Shown: positions 7,384-14,403 of the stretch, piece after piece
Layout: every line of letters starts with the position of its first letter
Numbering within the stretch: the first letter of the stretch is position 1
NCBI GenBank assembly: GCA_038145765.1
Contig: JAYQQG010000004.1
Span: 1-62,459 of the forward strand
Direction: 5' to 3'
Length of the DNA stretch: 62,459 nt
From: Verrucomicrobiales bacterium
GTDB taxonomy: Bacteria > Verrucomicrobiota > Verrucomicrobiia > Limisphaerales > UBA1100
Notes under the pieces: generated by a model
Databases searched by the model: none
What the model was told of the DNA's origin: nothing
What the model saw: the letters and a program-made list of their open reading frames with translations, nothing else
Program-made: the position numbers and the translations under genes

Positions 7384-9768
7384 TTATGGGTTCCATTTCA
7401 CATGACCCCCTTCACCTGGCCCGATCACTTCCACGTGGCCATCCACAAACACCGTGGTGATCTTGAAAAACTCCTCGGGCATGAAGGATTCCTTGCCACC
7501 CACCCCGTTCCATTCAAGGCCCCCATCATACATCAACACGGTGTTGCGTTTGTCGTCGATATCCTCAAGTTTTACCCCGCTCAGGTTGGGGTTGTAGAGC
7601 CAGACACAGATTTTTTCGTTCGGTGCCTCCGGATCAATGAACATCGGGTTCACAAATGCGTCTGCGTTGCCCACGATTTTCATCGCGTCATCCGTCCACG
7701 TCTCGGCATTCGGCAACTGCCCATTCACATTGGCGTGATGGATCAATGCCGTGCCCACCATCCGGGCCTTGTTCAACATCTGCTGTTGTGTGGCCGCCTC
7801 GCTGGCCTCTTCTTGGACCGCTGCCATGAACGGCAGGGCGAACGCCGCGCCGACGGCTACCGGCACTACGGTTACTCCGACTAACGCAACCGTGTCGTAG
7901 CCCATGCCGGTGGTATGGGATTGCACCACAAATCCATCCGGTTGCACCTGCGTCACCGCCATGGCGGACGAAACACTCAGGGTCATGGCCTTGATCAATA
8001 GATTCTCCACCGGGGGCGGCAGATCATTGCCCGGGCCGCTGGAGAGCATTTGCTTAATCGCCTGCCCGTACACCTCGCCGACCCGTTCGCTCATATAGCT
8101 GAATTGATTCCCATTGAGATCCATCCCTTGCGCCAGCTTTTGAAATTCCGGCGTCCCCTGCAGGCCGGAATCCTGGCCGCTGGATACCGCCACCACTTTC
8201 TGTGCCAAGGCCGGTGAAGAGGTGATGACCAAATAATCTCCCACCCGGCACATCGCGGGTTGTAACGGAACAGGAACGGGCAATGGCAAAGGCATTGGAG
8301 CCTGTTTGATCGTCACATTGCCGGCCGGCACCGCAGCCAGAGGCGCCTGCAACACCGCGCCCACCGCGCCTTCGATCATTTTTTCAATGGAATCATCAGC
8401 CACTTTGAGCACGAGAATCAAGCCCGGCTCAGGTATGTTCACCATCCCAGGAGCGCCATCCACCGCTCCGTTCGGCATCGGCATCGGCACAGGCACCCCG
8501 CCATTGGGCAATGGCGGCAACACGCCGCCGGGCGTGCCAGGCACTTGAGGCACCGGAACCGGGGGCTGCGGCAAGCCGGGCACGGGCACAGCTTCCGGCA
8601 AGCGGATCCCCCCCGGCGGCGCTGGCACTGTGTCTTCCTTTCCGTCCGGTTCAAATTCAAATACCTCCGGCACAGCCGGGCCACCCACTGCGGAGCCGCC
8701 CAGTGGAACTGGAATGGTCTTTTGCGGGTCCAACGTCAGATACACGCCAATCTCACCGCCGTAACCGCCCAACACTGCCTGTAACATGGGGTTCTGCAAT
8801 TCGCTGGTGAGTTGGGCGGCGACTTCGGGAGGCGCATGTTGAGTGACCAATTGATGCACCCACTTCAACGCTTCGTTAACATCCAAATCACCATGAGCCG
8901 CATACGCCGTCTCAGCCGGCATCAACTTCAATGCGCCGATCTCGTGAGGTGCGGTGCCAAATGTTTTCCAAAGCAACCCGTCGCCCTGGGCTGCATCCCG
9001 GTGCAGCACTGCTACATTTCGTTTTAGGCCATCACCCAGATCCTTGGTGCTGGCACCGAGGCCATCAACACTATCCAGCCCCAACCCAGTGTATACGGCT
9101 TTGCCCGCATTGAGAGCCGTTTCCGCCTCAGCCGCATTCCCACCCAAACCGCCGCCCAATTGATTGAGCAACTTACCGCCTTCGGTGAAAGCCGTTTGCA
9201 CCCAGCGTTGCGCCTGATCGGTGCTGAGGTAAAAATAAAAACTGCCGCCCGAATCCAGTTTTTGGGTCACCGCAGCGAACGAAGTCGTCCCCTCGCCTCC
9301 GGCAGGCAAGGGTACCGGCACCGGAGGATTCACTGTGCCGCCCGTTCCTCCGGTGTTTTCGCCGCCGCCCGTACCGCCCCCGGCCCCCGTCATTATTGGA
9401 GGATTGGCTGGCTCCGGTGTTTCTTCGCCGCCCCCAAACACCCCCGCGAAAAAGGCTGCCGCAGCACCCCCGCCAAACAAAAACACAAAGGCTGCCACCC
9501 CGCTGATTAGTTTTTTCTTAACACCACTCGGCGCAGAAACCGGCGTTGGATCTGAAGCCGCCGCTTTTCCCTGTTCAGGAAGCGGCGACTCGCCGGAGGC
9601 TTCACGGGACACGGCTTGGACCATTTCCCCAGCGCTAATCCAGTCCGGCAACTCTCCGTGCCAGGCCAAGTCATCGGCCAACAACGTGCCGTTGTTCAGA
9701 CCCTCCTGCAACTGCTCCGGGGTGAGCGGTCCAAACTGTTCTTCTCCGCGGCGAATATAGATGTCCAT
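7384..9768 (-). CDS. GYF_2 (DUF4339) domain, TM anchor, unassigned domain with Pro-rich inserts, and a degenerate C-terminal pseudopilin-like module
   Basis: 794 aa. The N-terminus MDIYIRRGEEQFGPLTPEQLQEGLNNGTLLADDLAWHGELPDWISAGE is GYF_2-like. A TM segment lies at ~88-112. GGSFYFYLSTDQ and downstream blocks parallel 5454..7286. PVPVP-type inserts lie at ~355-445 and ~490-505. A second hydrophobic helix at ~627-651 is followed by ...TTVFVDGHVEV (DG kept, His lost). Confidence 0.75.
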   Translation of the reverse strand: MDIYIRRGEEQFGPLTPEQLQEGLNNGTLLADDLAWHGELPDWISAGEMVQAVSREASGESPLPEQGKAAASDPTPVSAPSGVKKKLISGVAAFVFLFGGGAAAAFFAGVFGGGEETPEPANPPIMTGAGGGTGGGENTGGTGGTVNPPVPVPLPAGGEGTTSFAAVTQKLDSGGSFYFYLSTDQAQRWVQTAFTEGGKLLNQLGGGLGGNAAEAETALNAGKAVYTGLGLDSVDGLGASTKDLGDGLKRNVAVLHRDAAQGDGLLWKTFGTAPHEIGALKLMPAETAYAAHGDLDVNEALKWVHQLVTQHAPPEVAAQLTSELQNPMLQAVLGGYGGEIGVYLTLDPQKTIPVPLGGSAVGGPAVPEVFEFEPDGKEDTVPAPPGGIRLPEAVPVPGLPQPPVPVPQVPGTPGGVLPPLPNGGVPVPMPMPNGAVDGAPGMVNIPEPGLILVLKVADDSIEKMIEGAVGAVLQAPLAAVPAGNVTIKQAPMPLPLPVPVPLQPAMCRVGDYLVITSSPALAQKVVAVSSGQDSGLQGTPEFQKLAQGMDLNGNQFSYMSERVGEVYGQAIKQMLSSGPGNDLPPPVENLLIKAMTLSVSSAMAVTQVQPDGFVVQSHTTGMGYDTVALVGVTVVPVAVGAAFALPFMAAVQEEASEAATQQQMLNKARMVGTALIHHANVNGQLPNAETWTDDAMKIVGNADAFVNPMFIDPEAPNEKICVWLYNPNLSGVKLEDIDDKRNTVLMYDGGLEWNGVGGKESFMPEEFFKITTVFVDGHVEVIGPGEGGHVKWNP

Positions 9769-9820
9769 GGGCGAAGGGAAACATACACCTCATGGCCGCA
9801 CAGGGCTAGTGTGAAAACGG

Positions 9821-11473
9821 CTACTTATCCTCCGCCTTTTCGGGCGGTTTTTCCGTCATCGGTTTGGGCGGGAGAACGGTGAGCCAGAGGCGGGAGGTTT
9901 TGGGAATGATGTATTCGGGAAAGCCCTGGGGCACGCCGTTGTTCACGCCGGAACTGGTGAGGGCGACGGTGGCGCGGGCGGGATCGCCGGATTCGGGTTT
10001 GACGGTGATCTGGAGCAGACCGTTGTGGGTGGGGGCATCCTGGGCGGCGATGAGCTTGAGGGTGGCGGTGCCTTGTTTTTCCAGAATGACCGGCTCGGCT
10101 TTCACGCCCTGGGGCAATTCGGCGCTGACGGTGAGTTTGCCTTTGTAGCCGTCGAGGTAATTGACGGTGACTTTCACTTCGTTGGTGGCGCCGGCGTTGA
10201 GGGCGAATTGCGGGGCTACCACGGTGGCATTGTAGGCGGGCTCGGGCTGGAAGATGCGCAGTCGATAAAAGTGTTCCGGACCACCCTTGTTGAGCAGACT
10301 GCGAACACGCACACAAAAGCGGCCGTCGGTGGGGGCGGTCCAGTTGAGCAGCGGATCACGTACCTTGTTGGCGTCATCATTGGTGACCAGTGCTTTGCCG
10401 GTGCTATCTTCAATGGCGAGTTCGGCATCGAGCAGGAAACCGAGTTGAAAGGAATCGACATCAATCCGATAGCGCTTCCCTTTCTGCGCCTCAAAGGCAA
10501 AACGATCGATGTCGCCGGGTTGATCAATGCGGGCGGAGATGTTGCCGGGGCCGAATGAGTTGGCGGTGGCATTGTCATCATTGGGCTCGCGCTCGACGTG
10601 TTCGGGCTGGCCGGTCACGGGCAGGCGCAGCGGGCCGTTGATGGCCTCGGTGGCCAGCACGAGTTCGGTGTCGTTTTCCTTCGCGTTCGCCTTGGCGGAG
10701 TCGTTGACCAGATTCCAACCGCGCAATGCGACGAGCGATTCGCCACCATTCACGGCGGCCGGCCAACCGTGCCGCACGTAGGGGCCGTTGGTGAGGGTCA
10801 CACGATAGGTGAGCCCCGTGCCGCCGCCGAAGCTGGAGGTGCTGTTGGCCGGAAACTTGAAACACGCCATCTGCAACACGTACCGGCCGTCTTTCGGGCA
10901 TTTCCAAACCAGCCGCGGATCGAGCGAGTGCGCGTCGTGATTGAACGCCAGTTTCACGCCGCGCGCATCGCGCAGGAGCATCAGCGCATCCATCGACACG
11001 CCGGCCGTGTAGGCGTCCATCGCCGCCACGAGGGTTTGGCCGGCTTTCATATCAAAGGCAAACGAATCGACATCACCGCCTTTGCCGAATTGCCCGTGTA
11101 ACACCGCCGGCAGGGTCACCTCCTGCGGCTTGAGCATATCGTCGTTCGGCTCGGCCTCGGTGATGTCCCTGCCTTTGCCCACAAAAAACACACGCGGCGG
11201 TGCCGTGCCGTTGACGTCGAAAAACCGCACGAGACACGGCCCGGGCATGGCGTCCTTTGCCACGCTGACCTTAAAGGTGCCTTTCTTTTCCGTGGCGGCA
11301 AACTGCACCCCGGGATTTTCGCACCACACCTTGAGCGGCCACTCGTGTTTGCCGCCGATTGTGGCGTTGAGATCGGTGCCCCGCTGGGCGCCCATCGGGA
11401 AATGCCAGTCCACCTGCGGCGGGGCCGCGAGGGCGGCAAAGGAAATAATCAGGCACGCAAGCAGCGCGCGCAT
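9821..11473 (-). CDS. Secreted protein with pre-peptidase C-terminal (PPC)-type domains
   Basis: 550 aa with a signal peptide (MRALLACLIISFAALAAP). Two EPNDD-initiated modules are present (ITEAEPNDDMLKPQ...GDVDSFAF and VEREPNDDNATANSF...GDIDRFAF), as is typical of PPC domains. Its start shares 1 nt (TAATG) with the stop of the upstream DUF1501 gene. Confidence 0.7.
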   Translation of the reverse strand: MRALLACLIISFAALAAPPQVDWHFPMGAQRGTDLNATIGGKHEWPLKVWCENPGVQFAATEKKGTFKVSVAKDAMPGPCLVRFFDVNGTAPPRVFFVGKGRDITEAEPNDDMLKPQEVTLPAVLHGQFGKGGDVDSFAFDMKAGQTLVAAMDAYTAGVSMDALMLLRDARGVKLAFNHDAHSLDPRLVWKCPKDGRYVLQMACFKFPANSTSSFGGGTGLTYRVTLTNGPYVRHGWPAAVNGGESLVALRGWNLVNDSAKANAKENDTELVLATEAINGPLRLPVTGQPEHVEREPNDDNATANSFGPGNISARIDQPGDIDRFAFEAQKGKRYRIDVDSFQLGFLLDAELAIEDSTGKALVTNDDANKVRDPLLNWTAPTDGRFCVRVRSLLNKGGPEHFYRLRIFQPEPAYNATVVAPQFALNAGATNEVKVTVNYLDGYKGKLTVSAELPQGVKAEPVILEKQGTATLKLIAAQDAPTHNGLLQITVKPESGDPARATVALTSSGVNNGVPQGFPEYIIPKTSRLWLTVLPPKPMTEKPPEKAEDK

Positions 11474-12792
11474 TAGGCGAAGAGTTCCTTGATCCGCGAG
11501 CCGCCATCGACGAGCTGCACCGGCCGGCCGGACTCCGTGTGCAGCACCTGATATGGATCAATGCCCAGCTTGAGGTACAGGCTGGCGGCGAAATCTTCCG
11601 GGCTGTAGACGTTTTCCGCGGCGTAATAACCCTTGTCATCCGTGGCCCCCACCACCTGGCCACGCGGACAACCGCCGCCGGCAAAGAGCACGCTCATCGC
11701 GCCCGGCCAATGATCGCGCCCACCGCGGGCGTTCACCTTGGGCGTGCGACCGAATTCGCCGAGACAGATCACCATCGTGTCATCCATCATGCCGCGTTGA
11801 TCAAGGTCACTGATCAACGCCGCCAAGCCGGTGTCCCAGCGTGTGTTGAAGTCGCCCTTGAGGGTCTTGAAAATATTCGTGTGATGATCCCAGCCGCCGT
11901 AATAAACGGTGACAAAAGACACGCCCACCTCCACCAACCGCCGCGCCAACAACAGGCGTTGGCCCAGGCTGTTGCGGCCGTAAGCCTCGCGCACCTTCTC
12001 GTCTTCCTTGGCGATATCGAAAGCCGCCTGCGCTTCCTTGCTGGTGACGAGGTCCACGCCCTGCGCGTTGAACTGATCGAAATCCACCGCCGGATCCTGC
12101 GCGGCCTTGTCGGTGATGCGCAGCAGATTGTCGAGCCCGGCGCGCAGCCCGCGGCGGTCGTCCGAGCGCCCTTCGCTGATGCCCTTGGGCAACACCACGT
12201 CGCGCACCTTGAAGCTGCTGCTCTGCGGATCGGCCTTGATCACAAACGGCGCGTGCTGTGCCCCCAGAAAATTCGGCCCGCCCGAGCGGCTCATGCGCCC
12301 GAGGCTCATGTACGGCGGCAACCCCTTTTGCACCCCTCGCTCATAGCTCACCATCGACCCGAACGACGGGTGAAACGTCACAAAGGCGCCGCAGTTCACC
12401 GGCACCGGTGTCGGCCGGCCGGTCATCAGGTAATGATTCCCGCCACCGTGGTTGGGGTCCTTGTGGCAGATCGACCGCACGATGGTCATCTTGTCCATCA
12501 CCTTGGCGAGGTTCGGCACCTTGTCGCAGAATTGCACGCCCGGCACGCTGGTCTTCATCGCGCCAAACTCGCCGCGAATCTCCTTGGGCGAATCGGGCTT
12601 GGGATCAAAACTCTCGTAATGCGACGGCCCGCCATCGAGCCACACCAAAATGCAGTTGAGTTTTTTCTTCGCCCCACCCTGCGCCTGCGCGCGGAGCATA
12701 TCCGAAAAGCCCAGCCCGGCCAAGCCACCGAGGCCCACCTGCAGGAAATCCCGCCGGCCCAGCCCGGAGCAATTGAACTTCATCCCGTTCAT
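11473..12792 (-). CDS. DUF1501 domain protein (Tat-exported, sulfatase-like)
   Basis: 439 aa. Motifs are a Tat-like GRRDFLQVGLGG, DGGPSHYESFDPKP, GEFGRTP and GRDHWPG. Confidence 0.9.
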   Translation of the reverse strand: MNGMKFNCSGLGRRDFLQVGLGGLAGLGFSDMLRAQAQGGAKKKLNCILVWLDGGPSHYESFDPKPDSPKEIRGEFGAMKTSVPGVQFCDKVPNLAKVMDKMTIVRSICHKDPNHGGGNHYLMTGRPTPVPVNCGAFVTFHPSFGSMVSYERGVQKGLPPYMSLGRMSRSGGPNFLGAQHAPFVIKADPQSSSFKVRDVVLPKGISEGRSDDRRGLRAGLDNLLRITDKAAQDPAVDFDQFNAQGVDLVTSKEAQAAFDIAKEDEKVREAYGRNSLGQRLLLARRLVEVGVSFVTVYYGGWDHHTNIFKTLKGDFNTRWDTGLAALISDLDQRGMMDDTMVICLGEFGRTPKVNARGGRDHWPGAMSVLFAGGGCPRGQVVGATDDKGYYAAENVYSPEDFAASLYLKLGIDPYQVLHTESGRPVQLVDGGSRIKELFA

Positions 12793-12993
12793 TGAAAATA
12801 GCCTAGCGCAAACCGCTCCCTAGCGAAAGCGCTGAAATTGGGACGTATCTGGAGGATTCCCATTCAAAGGCATTATCCATTGGGTGTAACTATCTGCCGA
12901 TTATCGCGTCTTTTGACTCAACTTTCAGGCCCCGATCGCATAGATTTCTGACGCCTTGTCCGGGCGACAAGCCTCAGGGGGCACGAAGGGGCA
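12793..12993. promoter_or_regulatory. Divergent intergenic region between the DUF1501 operon (-) and the RND efflux operon (+)
   Basis: This is 201 bp of non-coding DNA between divergent start codons, so promoters for both operons must lie here. I could not assign convincing -35/-10 boxes. A short direct repeat CCTAGCG occurs at 12802 and 12819. Confidence 0.3.
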
Positions 12994-14403
12994 ATGAATT
13001 TCATCAACACATCGATCGGCGTATTACTGCTGGCCGCCTTGGCGGGTTGGACCGGCTGCGCGGGAAACCCGACCAGCGCACCGGATGCCTTCGCGGGCTT
13101 GGCCTGGCCACAACAGTTTTCCAACGGCCAAACCAACGCCCCTGCCGGGGCCGGTTGGCTGGCAGATTTTGACGACCGCACACTGGAGGCGCTGGTCCGG
13201 GAGGCACTGGAAAATAATCCGGACCTCCGCGTCACCGCTGCCAAACTGGATGCCGCCCATGCCGCCCTGCGGATTGCCGGCGCTGATCTGGCCCCCACCC
13301 TCACGCTCAAAGCGGCCGCTTCTCGCGTGAAACGTAACAACACCAGCGGCTTCTCCATCACCTCCTCGCGCATCGAGCGCTACACACCCTCGATGGATCT
13401 GGCCTGGGAACTGGATGTCTGGGGTCGGTTGCGGGATGAACAATTCGCCGCCCGCATGGATGCCGAACAGGCCGCGGCCAATCTACGGGCAGCCCGACTC
13501 AGCCTCGCCGCCAACACCGCCAAGGGCTGGTTCGATGTGGCTGAGACCGAACTACAAACCCAACTCGCCATCCAGACCCACCAGAGCTACACCAACAATC
13601 TCGCGGTCCTGGAGGAAGGCTTGCAACGCGGCCTCACCAAGGCGCTCGATGTACGCCTCATGCGGACCAGCGTGCGCAATGCCGAGGGCACCCTGCACCA
13701 ACGGCTGCGCGAGCGTGATGCCGCCCGCCGCGCTCTGGAGATACTGCTGGGCCGCTATCCCAAGAGCGAAATCGCCCTGGCCGCTGGGCTCCCCACCCTC
13801 ACCAACAACGTACCCGCCGGACTGCCCGCCCAGTTGATCGAGCGCCGGCCGGATGTCCTCGCCACCCAGCGCGCCTACCTCGCCGCACACCGGCGCGTAG
13901 ACGGCGCGAACAAAGATCGGCTCCCGAAGATCTCCCTCTCAGCCAGCGCCGGCACATCCTCCGGCGAGCTTCAGGATGTGCTCGATGTAAACAATAACAT
14001 TTGGAACCTCGCCGCCAACCTGACCCGCCCGATTTTCGATGCCGGCCGGCTCAGGTCACAGGTGGAACGCACCCGTGCTCTGCGTGAGCAGGCACGATAC
14101 ACCTACGTGCAAACCACCCTGCAGGCTTTTGCGGAGGTCGAAACCACCCTCAACGCCGAAAACTTTCTCACCCGACAGGAAACCGCTCTGGGCGCCGCGG
14201 TCAATGAAGCCATCGAGGCCGAGAAACTCGCCCAGGACGATTACCTGGCCGGCTTGGCCGACATTGTCACCGTGCTCGAATCTCAACGACGCGTGTTTGA
14301 CGCAAAGCGTTCCCTACTCCAGTTGCAAAATCAGCGGCTGCAAAACCGCATCGACCTATACCTTGCCCTTGGCGGTGAATTCGCCGCGCCTCAACCCGAA
14401 TGA
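12994..14403 (+). CDS. RND efflux outer-membrane factor lipoprotein (NodT/OprM family)
   Basis: 469 aa with lipobox LAALAGWTGC. It shows the two-repeat TolC-like pattern of OMF proteins (NPDLRVTAAKLDAAHAAL ... RPDVLATQRAYLAA...). Its stop overlaps the next start (ATGA). Confidence 0.9.
   Translation: MNFINTSIGVLLLAALAGWTGCAGNPTSAPDAFAGLAWPQQFSNGQTNAPAGAGWLADFDDRTLEALVREALENNPDLRVTAAKLDAAHAALRIAGADLAPTLTLKAAASRVKRNNTSGFSITSSRIERYTPSMDLAWELDVWGRLRDEQFAARMDAEQAAANLRAARLSLAANTAKGWFDVAETELQTQLAIQTHQSYTNNLAVLEEGLQRGLTKALDVRLMRTSVRNAEGTLHQRLRERDAARRALEILLGRYPKSEIALAAGLPTLTNNVPAGLPAQLIERRPDVLATQRAYLAAHRRVDGANKDRLPKISLSASAGTSSGELQDVLDVNNNIWNLAANLTRPIFDAGRLRSQVERTRALREQARYTYVQTTLQAFAEVETTLNAENFLTRQETALGAAVNEAIEAEKLAQDDYLAGLADIVTVLESQRRVFDAKRSLLQLQNQRLQNRIDLYLALGGEFAAPQPE

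Noticed and set aside
12787-12800. An 11-nt match TCATTGAAAAT shared between the start-codon region of DUF1501 at 12790 and repeat copy B (56726-56736). It might be a third, degenerate repeat copy.
   Set aside because: There is no flanking similarity, no inverted partner and no TTGGTCATT core. It is AT-rich and short, so most likely coincidental.
12802-12825. Direct repeat CCTAGCG x2 (17-nt spacing) in the divergent promoter region, as a possible operator.
   Set aside because: Seven bp is too short to be significant in 62 kb, and no regulator gene is adjacent.
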